In this document: positions 13,461-25,432 of the stretch, piece after piece | How positions within the stretch are numbered: position 1 is the first letter of the stretch | Layout of the letters: the number at the start of each line of letters is the position of its first letter | From: the human T2T-CHM13v2.0 reference genome, Homo sapiens | DNA: 64,000 bases | NCBI RefSeq assembly: GCF_009914755.1 | Contig: NC_060925.1 | Direction: 5' to 3' (one strand) | Position numbers and translations under genes: made by a program | Notes under the pieces: generated by a model | The model's database searches: none | What the model saw: only the letters and a program-made list of their open reading frames with translations | What the model was told of the DNA's origin: nothing

Positions 13461-14235
13461 CTCATTTCCTTCACAATTATAAATACAGTCTTAAGAGATC
13501 CTTTGTATAAGGACTTGACACCAAAAAGAACAAAAATAAGATTTTATTGAGCTGGGTTCCTTTGTGTCTACTACTGGGCTAGGTGAAACAGATAAAAAGA
13601 TGAACTGTCGTAGTTCTTGCCTCAAGTTACTCATGGTTTAAAAAAGGAATTAGACCTACACAAAATAATTATTATACAGTGTACATGTTATAATACTGGT
13701 GAGGTGTGTATGGTCCAAATTAAAGTAGTCCAGGTCAAAGTAAGATTTTTGGTATAATTAATGTCTGGGCTAAACATTCAAGATAAATCCATCTTAAAAC
13801 TTGAACCAATTTCTTCTTGGTTAAAAGCCAAGGCAAAGGGAATCAGACATATCTGGACTATGTTACCCAAATACCAGCCATGTAACATCTAAGGGCAAAT
13901 ATCTTAAATCCTCAATCAGTGTCTTGTAAAAGACTGTATGCTCTTCAAAATAGCTGTGAACTACTGGGAGCCTTGCATGGTCAACCTGCAGCTTAGAATT
14001 CCTGCTTTCCTTAATTCTCTGCTTTTTTTCTTGAGACTATTTCCTTATCTTAGTGCAGTTCCGACATCTGACAAAACCTGGGACTCTTTGCCTTGTCCCC
14101 AGCCTCCTCTTTCACCCATCAACAGAAAGTAAACCACAGATAAAAGTCTGCAGCAGAAATTTTACTGGAGATTTGTGGATCATGGTGAAGAGTTTACACC
14201 ATTGAAACACAAAGAATACAAATGTAAATCATATA

Positions 14236-14895
14236 CAGTGGATTCTTGTTACAGCTTTGTTCAATAAAGTCTGTACAAATCCTGAATTAGCAATACTGAA
14301 ACATTGGTCCTGGGGGGAAGAAAGGTTAGTCTCCTGTGAAACTCCGGTGACAACATTCCATCACCAAATTAATAAATAAATTTGTTTTATGTGTGTTTCT
14401 GTTTAAAAACACCTTTTAAAAATATATATTGGTGATTCATGAACATGAAACTCACAACCAACAGCACTGTAATTCATGACTGATTTAAATTTATCTAAGA
14501 CTTTTTTTTTTTTTTTCTGTAAGGCATACCACAGCCTTCTTTCACTTAACAACAGTAGACAGCACTTCAGCACTATGCTTGGGGGCTGTTTTAAACAGAA
14601 AAATTACAAACAAAAAGGACACCAAAAAAAATGTCTAAAAGTGTCACTAAGTGTATTGCAAAAGGAATACTTTTTCACCATATAAAGGCTGAAACAGGAT
14701 GACAGAGCATTGCTTTGTCCGTTGACCTCAAGCTGTGCCCATCCAAAGACTCAAATTTTTTTTTGTTTGCCATTTTGCACATATCTATGAATGACTGAAA
14801 AAGTACCACTCGTATGGATTTTGGGGTTACAGATACATTTTAGTAAGTGGGCAAGTTTTTAAATGCAGAATCCGCCTTTACTAAGCGATCGACAG
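14236..14895 (+). mobile_element. MER82-like TcMar-Tigger non-autonomous DNA transposon
   Basis: About 660 bp bounded by TA|cagtggattct and gatcgacag|TA. Internal text (gaattagcaatactgaaacattggtcctgggg, agacagcacttcagcactatgcttggggg) matches recalled MER82. Confidence 0.75.
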
Positions 14896-15187
14896 TATTA
14901 GACACTCTCTTAGTACGATTGCCAACAGCACCCTCTTGCTGGCTTTCCCCCAACCCCATCCCCAACTGCCTCAACCTCTTACCATCTGCTGGTTTATTTT
15001 ATTCCCTTCAATTTCCCATCTTATTTTATTATATCATTTTTCCAGATTGCCATCTCTGATCCAAATTCTTATCTTTCTACTATGAGAAGTAATATGTTCA
15101 AAGCCACCATTAAAGATATATATCTAGCAAATGATTATACAGAGCCAGCAATGTCTCTGTGATTATCGTCTTTTTTATTTCAGATTA

Positions 15188-15646
15188 TGTTAGTTTCCTA
15201 GAGCTGCAGTAAGAAAGTACAGCAAACTTGTTGGCTCAGAGCAATACAAATTCATTGTGTTATATGGCTAGAGGCTACAAGTCCAAAATCAAGGTGTTGT
15301 CACTGTCATGCTCCGTCTCAAACCTGTAGAGGAGAATTTTTCCGTGTGTCTTCCTAATGTCTGGTGGTTTGCTGGCAATCCTTGTTCCTTGGCATGCAGG
15401 CACAGCGTTGCAGTCTCTGCCTACATTGCCACATGGCATTTTCCCTGTGTGTATCTGTACCTTTGTGTCTCTTCATTTCTTTTAAGGACACCAGTTATAT
15501 TGGATTAAGGACCTAACCTACTAAGTGTGGCCTCATCTTAACTAATTATATCTGCAACAACCATGTTTCCAAATAAGGGAACGTGCTGATGTACTAGGGG
15601 TTAGGACTTCAATATATATTTTTGGGACCACAATTCATTCCATAAC
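15188..15646 (-). mobile_element. MLT1B/C solo LTR
   Basis: tgttagtttcctagagctgc...aagtccaaaatcaaggtgttg...ggacttcaatatat...caattcattccataaca. Confidence 0.88.
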
Positions 15647-15711
15647 AAATATTACAGTAGCTTCAATAGCAGCAGCAGTAAAAGTAGCAGGTGTGGTTTT
15701 CAATAGCACCA

Positions 15712-16020
15712 TTTTTCCCTTTCTTTTCTTTTCTCTTCTTTTCTTTTCTCTCTTTCTTTCTTTCTTTTCTTTCTTTCCCTTTCCTTTCTTCTTTCTTTCT
15801 CCCTCTCTTTCTTTCTCCTTCCTTCCTTTCTTCCTTCCTTCCTTCCTCTGTCTCCCGTCCATCCTTCCTTCCTTTCCTCCTTCCTCCCTTCCTCTCTCTC
15901 CCTTCCTTCCTTCTTCCTTCCTTCCTTCCTTCCTCCTTCCTCCCTTCCTTCCTTCCTTCCTTCCTTCCTTCCTTCCTTCCTTCCTTCCTTCCTTCCTTCC
16001 CTTCTCTATTTCTCTCTTTC
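15712..16020. repeat. Polypyrimidine (TTTC)n/(TTCC)n compound microsatellite derived from the Alu tail
   Basis: About 300 bp almost purely C/T, contiguous with the 3' end of the minus-strand Alu. Confidence 0.95.
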
Positions 16021-16299
16021 AACAGAGTCTCACTCTGTTGCCAGGCTGGTGCAGTGGTGCCATCTCGGCTCACTACAATCTCTGCCTCCCGGGTTCAAGC
16101 AATTCTCATGCCTCAGCCTCCTGAGTAGCTGGGATTACAGGTGTGCACCATCACCACAGCAGCTAATTTTGGCATTTTTAGTAGAGACAGGGTTTTGCCA
16201 TGTTGGCCAGGCTGGTTTCGAACTCCTGGCCTCAAGCAATCTGCCCACCTTGGCCTCCTGAAGTGCTGAGATTATAGGCGTGAGTCACTGCACCAAGCC
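16021..16299 (-). mobile_element. Alu (old AluS/AluJb-like)
   Basis: acagagtctcactctgttgccaggctgg...gtagctgggattacagg...gtgagtcactgcaccaagcc. TSD-like AGCACC(A)TTTT at 15705 and 16300. Confidence 0.95.
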
Positions 16300-16334
16300 A
16301 GCACCTTTTCTCTTTCTATTACAGTTGTAATCAC

Positions 16335-16488
16335 AACTCTGCAATGTGACTCTTGGAAAATTGTTCAGTCTTCCTAAATTGTTCAGTCTTCAAAACTAGC
16401 TTTGAGGATCATAATAGATAATATATATGAGCCACTTAGACAATACCTGGCATTTAGTTAGAGCCTAATAAATGGTGCCATTAATAAT
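16335..16488 (+). mobile_element. MIR fragment with a rearranged core
   Basis: tgtgactcttggaaaattg...tgaggatcataatagataatatatatgagccacttagacaatacctggcatttagttagagcctaataaatggt. Confidence 0.7.
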
Positions 16489-17594
16489 GTAATGCACATA
16501 TACATACACACAAATGCACTTACAGGTGTATGTTCATGCTAATAATGTTAGATATATATCTAGCAAATGATTATACAGAGCCAGCAATATCTCTGAGATT
16601 ATGGTCTTTTTTATTTCAGATTATATTAGTTTCCTAGAGCTGCAGTAAGAAATGTTAGAAATGTAGTAATAATGTTAGCATTAATATGCACCTGTAAGTG
16701 CATTTGTGTGTATGTATGTGTGCATGTATGTCTCTATATATGCATATGCAGTTTGGCTAGTGTTTGCCTAAAAATATTGAGAAGATAATAAATTAATCAA
16801 AATGCAAGGTAATCAAAAGGAAGACTATTCTTTAACAATTTAAGAGGATCACTTATATTACATCATCATATTCAACATTATTTTTCCTATTTTCATCCAG
16901 ATGTTTCAAGAGTAGTCAAGAAGTTTGGCTTTTCATTGACTAACGTGTATAAAATTTAAATATTGATTATTCCATAGTTGATAATCAGGCATTGATTTAT
17001 CTAAGTGGGGCTATGGCAAGTGTCCAAGTTTTTCCTTGGGAGACGCTGTAGTGAGGAAGCTGATTTGTTGATGCTGACTCAATAAGCACCTGAAGAAATA
17101 AAGCGAACAGACAATTTTAAGATTGGATGATTGGATGGTGGCAGTTGAGAGGGTGTAAAAGGAAAACCATCACCTACTGTATCATTTTACGCTCCTGAGA
17201 CGGCCACATTCATACTTTGATTCTCAATTTCTCTGACAACTTCCTTTGGCACAGTTTTCACCTGAGTGATGAGAGGCTAGTGAGACTGAAGATCTTGCAA
17301 ATTGAGGAATATTCTATCAAATTTATGTCAAATATTCTATTAAAATATCTGACACCAATCCTGTAACCGAATTTGATTGGACAAGGTATGCACCAAGCTA
17401 GATCATGAATATTCTCTCTTCCAGAAGTTTGGGTGAATGGGAGATAGATGCTGGTTTCAGCTGTTTAAGTTGAATTGAGAACATCTTAATTTGGTAGCTG
17501 CAAGAAACCCAACTTCCATCATATGCCCGGAGAAACAGAAAGAGCAAAATCAAGCAGAGCTGAAGGGAGAAGCCAAGATGAGAGACCATGACTT

Positions 17595-17597
<3 letters not shown>

Positions 17598-17632
<35 letters not shown>
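17598..17632. repeat. (CA)n microsatellite
   Basis: Perfect CA run. Confidence 0.97.
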
Positions 17633-17635
<3 letters not shown>

Positions 17636-18688
17636 GGCTACCTGGGAACCTGCCAATTCATATCGCCTTCTTTCTGGAGTCTCAAGTGTGCTTTTTGCCA
17701 TTGGGTTCCATGGGACATACCTGTATAGGTTAACAGGCATCCCACCTCTTTTTATATTATTTTTATTTATTCACTAACTAGCCTTCACTGAGATAAAACG
17801 CAGTTAGACCTTTCCACCATTTGTTAGTGCCCTGGGTGAGACAGTTGAGCTACTGCCATAAGGCTGGCAGGAGAGAATTTATTTGACTTCCTGTAAAACT
17901 TATCTGATGAACAATGGTGATATGTATATTACTGAAGTATAATATTTTAACCTTATGAGGAGTAAGACTATTTATTATCATAAACGGTCAAACTGACTTA
18001 GGCACTCTGTCTCCTCTTCATTTTTAAAGAAAATATATACTCCTTAGAAGAAAACATTAATAACTTTGTCAACACTTTATTTCAGCGCACTGCAAGTAAA
18101 ACTCCTTTGTAGGTGTCTGAGATATATGTTTTATATTTTTTCCTACAGTCTAACCACTTGGCTCTACCTCCTGCCAGAGGCTATAATACCTTAAAGGCTT
18201 TAACAAAGAACTATCCCAAGGTTTGTCATTTTACACTGACATTGAACTTAATGAGTTTCAGCTGTCATCACGTTTTAAAACATAAATCTATGTTCTATTT
18301 ATCGTTGTTTTTTTCGGTGACATTTTTAAGGTTTCCTAAAATTTTATGGCAGATTTGACACACTTGCCCTGGAGTGTTTTATCTTCACAGCACTCAGGAG
18401 CTAATGTCTAAAATGCTGAGATCTTGTTCCACAGCACATATTCGTTGATTCATTTATACTTTAAACTTTTGTGGAAAATCATCTGAAGGCAAGACTTTTG
18501 AGAGGCATTATCCTGGGTTTCAAGAATCTTACAATTCAGGAAAGCCATGTATATAAATGAATCAAAATAAGCTAGAAAACATAAGTACTTTAAGAGAGAG
18601 CATCCAAAGGATCAAGATAGTTTTGCTTCTGGATAAGCAGACTAGGAAATGTTTTGAGAAATAATAAAATTGGAATCATGATAAAGGT

Positions 18689-19051
18689 TGATATGATTTC
18701 GCTGTGTCCCCACCCAAATCTCATCTTGAATTATAGTTCCCATAGTCCCCATGTGTTGTGGGAGGGAACAAGTGGGAGGTAATTCAATAATGGGAGTGGG
18801 TTTTCCCATGCTGTTCTCATGATAGTGAATAAGTCTCATCAGATCTGATGGTTTTATCAAGGGCAGTTGCCCTGCACAGGCTCTCTTGCCTGCCACCATG
18901 TAAGACGTGCCTTTGCTCCTCCTTTGCCTTCTACTATGATTGTCAGGTTTTCCCAGCCATGTGGAAGTGTGAGTCCATTAAATCTATTTTTCTTTATAAA
19001 TTACCCAGACTTGGGCATTTCTTTACAGCAGTATGAAAATGGACTAATACA
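18689..19051 (+). mobile_element. THE1 (C/D-like) solo LTR
   Basis: tgatatgatttcgctgtgtccccacccaaatctcatcttgaatt...ggactaataca. TG...CA termini with a perfect 5-bp TSD AAGGT (18684-18688, 19052-19056). Confidence 0.95.
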
Positions 19052-22000
19052 AAGGTGAAAACTGAAAAATGGTGTGCAGATTATTTATTTTCTTGGTACT
19101 TTAAAAATTAAAATAACAAATATTTTCTTTTAACTTCAGCTAAAATATACATCACTTTTGTTTTTACTGATTGCTTCCATTCTTACAGTAATCCAACACT
19201 TATTAGCAAACCCTATGTTATTTTACCCTTTTTTATAGGCTTCCCTAATCTGATCAAAAATCTTTTCACAGTCAGTGAAGAGTCAACATATCTCATTCTT
19301 TTTCCCAGGCTTATAGGACCTGTTGCTAGACCTTCCAATTTCTTGATAATTCTGCAAAGTAAACAACTGCTTCTTCTTCATATAATCTGATCATGAATAC
19401 GCCCAATAAATAAACCCCTATTATGAATCAAAATGTATTCTGCAGAAGATGGGCTCAAGAAAAAAACAAAGAATGTCTTCTATTGAAGGACGTTTGTTTA
19501 TACTCAAAGTATCAGAAATAAAATTAACCACAAGTAAGAATTCAACTAAACTGTCATTTCATGTATATATTGTTTCCAAGTGATAAAAATATGCCACTTG
19601 ATATTTTACAAGTTTGCATTCAGTATCAGCAGGAAATCCAAGAAGGAAGACGGCTGAATCTCCAAGTTTAAGTTATGTAAAATTATATGCTTTTTGCCTC
19701 ATGAAATCTGTGACATTTGAGAAGGACCAAAAGAAAGGGTAGTTCCCTCTAAGCTGAAGAAAATTCTGCCTTGGTCTATACGTAAACTCATTGCAATAGA
19801 GATTGTAGGATTAAGTGATTCAATTCTCTATCCAAGTAAGAGAAATATGCGAAAATTATATTTAGTCCACAATTTTTTTCTTCTGTCATCCTGTTTGAAG
19901 GAGAAATATCATGCATATGGATGTCGTTTTTTGTTAACTAGAAAGTCTTCCCTCATAAACACTCAATCCCTATCTCTTTCATCTCAGGCAAAAATACAAA
20001 AGAGCCTCCCTCAACAATGTACAATTCTTGTGGATATACTGATGGAAATTCACAAACTAGTTACACAGAAATGAAAACAGAAAAATGATTTGATCACCTA
20101 AAGGAAGCAGACTTTTTTTTTTTCTGGAAACAGGAGAGGTCAGAACCCTGACCACAACATGTCAGTTCTCAAACTCTGAGATGCACTGAAACATGAATGT
20201 TGTCATTTCAGCAAGACTTGGTTGTGATCCAGACCTGCAATGTATGGTTTTTCTGATTGTTCTCCAAATAAAGGCACTCAGCTAAGAGGACGAGAGGGGA
20301 ATGACATCCAGCCCCTGCTTTTGGAATAAGGAACACTTTTTTTCTAGTTCATATGCAAGCTTAGTTGTCTCATAAGTCATGGGTCCTAAAGACTCCACCT
20401 CTTTCAATAAGGTGTTTTCACTAATTCCCACAACAGCATAGTATGGGCTAGTGTTGACCTAGAAGTAAACACCAAAGAAAATTATTTAGACTCTGCTGTT
20501 AAGGGTAAATGATGTTAGATATGAACTAAAAATAATGTCTTTAAAATGTACTATGCATCAGACTTAATGCAATCTCATTAAACTTTTCCATAAACTTTAT
20601 AAGATAGATGCTATTACAAAGAACCCTCTTAAACATCTTTTATCTAAAAGACTCTGTAGATAAAAGACATTCTCTACCCTCTTCCATGAAACATAATGAG
20701 CACTGAACACTTAAAATCATGAAATTAATCTTTAACACTGAAGATTGCTGAAGAGTTTTAATTTCTCCATTCAAAGTTTCACTTTAATGCTACCAAGAAT
20801 GAGTTCAGACAGATCCCAAACTTGTCAAATTCAGGTGTGACTGTTTTAAAATTTGTAATTTTTTAAAATAACTTATAAACCAATAATTGGAAATTTCTAA
20901 ATAATGTTTTTTTTTATAAACATTAAGTAAATCATTTTTGGAATCTAATAAAGATGGGTCAATAAAAAGAATTTATCTTGTATTACAAGTTTGTGCAGCC
21001 ACTATAAAGTGTTGGGAACCATAGATAAATTAAGGAAGATTGTGTAGACAGATTGCTTCACAAGTATTTAAGTTCTCATTCATTTTAAAGAAACTAATAT
21101 GAAAAATCACAGATGATACATAATGGATGCAGTTTATGGAATACAACAAGGAAGTCCAATCAGCAGACTAATACTAAAAGAAATGTTTTTTACTCTTCAT
21201 CAAAATATTGGCAAATGCTTATCTTTAAGTTATAATCACGTTTAGGATATGTACATCACTTTTTATGATTATCCACTTTGACAAACTTTTTAAAAGAGCT
21301 TTTACTGTGCTTTTAAACATTATAAAGACGATGAAAATGCACCGGCATATTATATAAACTGCAAAAAGTAATAGCCAACAGATGACAGAACCTTTCATAA
21401 CCTTGGTCCCCACATTAATCCATGGTATATCCAGCCCTGAGATACGTCTTAAGGTCTCAATGATTTGGACTCTGCTCAGAACTACGGTCCCATCTATTGC
21501 CAAAACCTCACTGATATTCTAAACTGTATGATAAACTGCCTTGAGTTTCTCATATGTTCGACATTCTCTCACTCTTTCCGAACTTCGAAGTCTCTGAATT
21601 TGAACCTATCAAAAATATCCTTCCCTTTCCCTTCCATATTACCTGGCAAACATATATTCTATAGACTTCAAGTTTCAAAACAGGCATCATTTCTTCTTTG
21701 GAAGATGTCTGTGCCTTATGACTTCCCTCCCACTCAGATTAGAAGCCCCTTTAATAGCACCTTCACATTGGCCTTTTATACCTTTCATAATACTAGTTAT
21801 TGTCTATTTATTTATCCTCCTGTCTCAACTCAAGCAGGTATTCTTTAAGCTCAGGAACTATAGAGCTCATCATCACATATACAGCATCAAACATAGTGCC
21901 TGGCACATGATTTGTCCTCAATATATATTTAGGAAAGAAAATCAGAAATGAAGACATTCAGAGGATTTTAATTAATCTTTTCTAGAAATAGAAGAATTAT

Positions 22001-22594
22001 TGTGTCGCCAAGAGATTATAACTAAAAGAATGCCATGATGGTACCAAATATATATTCATGCCCTGGATCTTAAAGACTTGCCCTATTTCAAGATCAATTG
22101 AAAATCTATTTTTATCATCCCATAATTAATACACTTAAAATTTTAAGAGAAACACGCTAGAAAATGAGCTAGAACTTTCATAGAGAAATTTTTATATACC
22201 AAGTATTTTAAAAATTTAGTTTCACTACATGAGTCACATTATTTCAGGCTCCACTCATTAAAAATGTATAATTATTCAGTCATAGATTAGGGTGAAATTT
22301 ACCTTGTGAATTTCAAAGAAAAATCAAGCTTTTAAAGCTAAAGAAGAGTATTAAAAGGGATTGCAGAGGAAATATTTATCTGATTTAATATAATTACTTA
22401 AAGCTCTTAGAAAAATGTTGCTACCTCAAAGTAATCAATACTATAATTGTAATTTTACTGTCTTCGGTTTCTTAAAGCAGGCTTCTTAACAGGTTTTCTA
22501 CGTAATTTTTTTTTTTTTTTTTTGGTTAACCTGAGTTAGTTTACCTGAAGACAATAAAGTATATTTTTAAGCATATAATTTTAACTTTTAATTA

Positions 22595-24984
22595 CAAACA
22601 TATTTTGTTTGCTTGTGCTTAACTTTATGGAGTTTTACACGTAGGGTGTATTTGTTGTTTGTTTGTTTGTTTTTTACAAACTGAGGGTTTGTGGCAACCC
22701 TGTGGTGAGCAAGTCTATAGGAACTATTTTTCCCATCAGCATGTAATCACTTCATGTCTCTGTCATATTTTGGTAATTCTCACATTTCAAACGTTTCCAT
22801 TATTATTATATTTGTTATAGTGATCTGTGATCAGTGATCTTTGATGTTACTATTGTTAAGTGTTTTGAGGAGCCAAAACCACACCCACAATGGTAACTTA
22901 ATGAATGTTGTATGTGTTCTGACTAATCCACTGAGGATGGGCAACTCTCCTGTTTCTCTTCTTCTACTCTGGCCTTATTCCCCGAGACACAACAAAATTG
23001 ACATTAAGCCAATTAATAATGCTATAATGACCTCTAAGTGTTCAAGTGTTAGGAAGAGTTGCACACCTCTCACTTTAAATCAAAAGCTAGAAATGATTAG
23101 GCTTAGTGATGAAGGTATGTTGAAAGCTGAGAAAGGCCAAAAGCTAGGTGTCTTGTGCCAAATAGTTAGCCAAGTTGTGAATGCAAATAAAAAGTTCTTT
23201 AAAAAAGCTAAAATTGCTACTCCAGTGAACAAATAAATCACAGAAAAGGGAAACAGCCTTATTGCCAATATGGAGAAACTTTTAGTGGACTGGATAGAAG
23301 ATGAAACTAGTCACAACATTTTCTTAATCCAAAACCAAAACAAAGCCCTAACTCTCTTCAATTCTACGAAGGCTAAGAGAGATCAGAAATCTGCAGAAGA
23401 AAAGTTGGAAGCTACCAAGAGTTTGGTTCCTGAAGTTTAAGGAAAGAAGCCATCTCCATCACATAAAAGTGCAAGGTGAAGCAGCAAGTGCTAATGTAGA
23501 AGTTGCAGTAAGTTATCCAGAAGATATAGCTAAGATCATTGATGAAAAGGGTTATACTAAAAAACAAATGTAGACAACAATGTAGAAAAATAGCCTTCTA
23601 TTGGAAGAAGATGCCATCTAGGACATTCATAGCTACAGAGGAGAAGTGAATGCCAAGCTTCAAAGCTTCAAAGGACAGGCCGACTCTCTTGTTAGGGACT
23701 AAAGCAGATGGTGACTTTAAGTTAAAGCCAATGCTCATTTGTTGTTTTGAAAATCCTAGGGCTCTTGAGAATTATGCTAAATCTACTCTGCCAGTACTCT
23801 AACAATGGAACAACAAAGCCTGGATGACAGCCCATCTGTTTAGAGTACGGTTTACTGAATATTTTAAGCCCACTCTTAAGACCTACTGCTAAGAAAAAAC
23901 ACTGCATTCAAAATATTACTGCTCATTGACAATTCACCTTGTCACCTAAGAGCTCTATGAAGATGTACAAGGATATAAATGTTGTTTTGATGCCTGCTAA
24001 CACATCTATTCTGTAGCCCATCCATGGATCAAGGAGTAATTTTCTTTCACATCCTAAGCTGTACCTGCCATAGATAGTAATTTCTCTTATGGATCTGGGC
24101 AAGGTAAATTGAAAATCTTCTGGAAACGATTTATCACTCTAGATGTCATTAAGAACATTTGTGATTAATGAGAGGAAAGCAAAATATCAACATTAACAGG
24201 AGTTTGGAAGAAAGTGATTCCTATCCTCATGGATGACTTTCAGGAAATCAAGACTTCTTTGTATAAAGTAACTTCAGATTTATGGAAACAGGAAGAAAAC
24301 TAGAATTAGAAGTGGAGCACGAAGATGCTCCTGAATCGCTGCAATGTCATGATCAAACTTGAAAACATGAGGAGTTCTTACAGTTGAGCAAAAACAGTTG
24401 TTTCTTGAGATGGAATCTACTCTTTGTGAGGATGCTATGCACATTGTTGAAATGAAAACACGGGATTTAGAATATTACATAATCTTAGTTGATAAAGCAG
24501 AGGCAGGGTTTCAAATAATTGCCTTCAACTTTTGAAAACACATCTACTGTTGGTAAAATGGTATCAAACAGCACTGCATGCTATGGATAAATCTTTCATG
24601 AAAGGAAAAGTCAATTAATGTGGTTACCTTTATTATTGTCTTATTTTAAGAAATTGCCACAGCTACCCCAACCTTTAGCAACAATCCCTCTGATCAGTCA
24701 GCAATCATAAACACTGAGGCAAGACCCCCCACCAGCAAAAGGATTATAACTTACTGAAGGCTCAGTGATCATTAGCATTTTAGCAATCAATTTTTTAAAT
24801 TAAGGTATGTACATTATATTTTTAGAAATAATGCTATTGCACACTTAATAGACCACACTGTGGTGTAAACACACATTCTATATGCTCATAGAAACCAAAA
24901 AATGGGTGTGACTCACTTTGTTGAGATTTTTGCTTAATTATGGTGGTCTGAAACAAAACCTATAGTATCTCTGAGGTATGCTTA
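22595..24984 (+). mobile_element. Near full-length Tigger1 DNA transposon
   Basis: About 2.39 kb flanked by TA, with the internal motif ttttacaaactgagggtttgtggcaaccctg and the end tatctctgaggtatgctta|TA. Carries a transposase remnant. Confidence 0.93.
23027..24370 (+). pseudogene. Disrupted Tigger1 (pogo-family) transposase
   Basis: [41 protein letters not shown]... resembles the Tigger1/TIGD1 HTH-psq N-terminus. Stop at 23234-23236 with further stops and frameshifts. End coordinate approximate. Confidence 0.85.
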
Positions 24985-25072
24985 TAGTTGACATTACACT
25001 TCCATTTATTTCAAGGTGTTCTCAATATTTTTACTGTAACATACGTGAATGATAATCATTCACCTGATCATT

Positions 25073-25212
25073 CACTTATTTACTCCATGAGAATTTATAG
25101 AAAGCCTGCTGATTTTCAAGTCCTGCCCCTTAAAAACAAAACCACTTATTTACTCCATGAGAATTTATAGAAAGCCTACTGATTTTCAAGTCCTGCCCCT
25201 TAAAAACAAAAC
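25073..25212. repeat. 70-bp direct tandem duplication
   Basis: Units 25073-25142 and 25143-25212 are identical at 69 of 70 positions. Confidence 0.97.
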
Positions 25213-25232
25213 CAAACAACAACAACAAAAAA

Positions 25233-25432
25233 CCTTTTAAGTTCAGAAGTACATGTGCAGGTTTGCTATATAGGTAAACTTGTGTCATGGGGTTTGTTGT
25301 ATAGATTATTTCTTCACCCAGCTATTAAACTTAGTACTCACCATTTATTTTTCCTGATCCTATTCCTCCTCCCACCTTCCATCCTCCAACAGGCCCCAGT
25401 GTCTGTTGTTCCCCTCTATGTGTCCATGTGTT
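25233..25432 (-). mobile_element. Short L1PA (older primate) 3'-UTR fragment
   Basis: ttttaagttcagaagtacatgtgcaggtttgctatataggtaaacttgtgtcatgggg...ccccagtgtctgttgttcccctctatgtgtccatgtgtt. Confidence 0.9.

Noticed and set aside
15635-16261. K/E/R-rich and F/L/P/S-rich ORFs up to 145 aa
   Set aside because: Translation of the (TTTC/TTCC)n tract and the Alu.
7928-16299. Inverted Alu pair forming dsRNA
   Set aside because: About 8 kb apart, from diverged subfamilies, and one has deletions; unremarkable.
16492-16725. Novel MITE or miRNA hairpin
   Set aside because: The interior is a copy of local DNA and the arms resemble no transposon TIR I know. A template-switch origin explains all parts, and the 132-nt spacer is too long for a pre-miRNA.
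21225-21848. ORFs of 92 and 127 aa in AT-rich DNA
   Set aside because: Non-ATG starts, no recognisable homology, partly L2-like; consistent with chance.
22841-23236. TIGD1-like gene
   Set aside because: Lies within a Tigger1 fossil; the frame terminates after about 70 transposase codons.
25073-25212. CRISPR-like repeat
   Set aside because: Two adjacent copies with no spacers, in a eukaryotic context.
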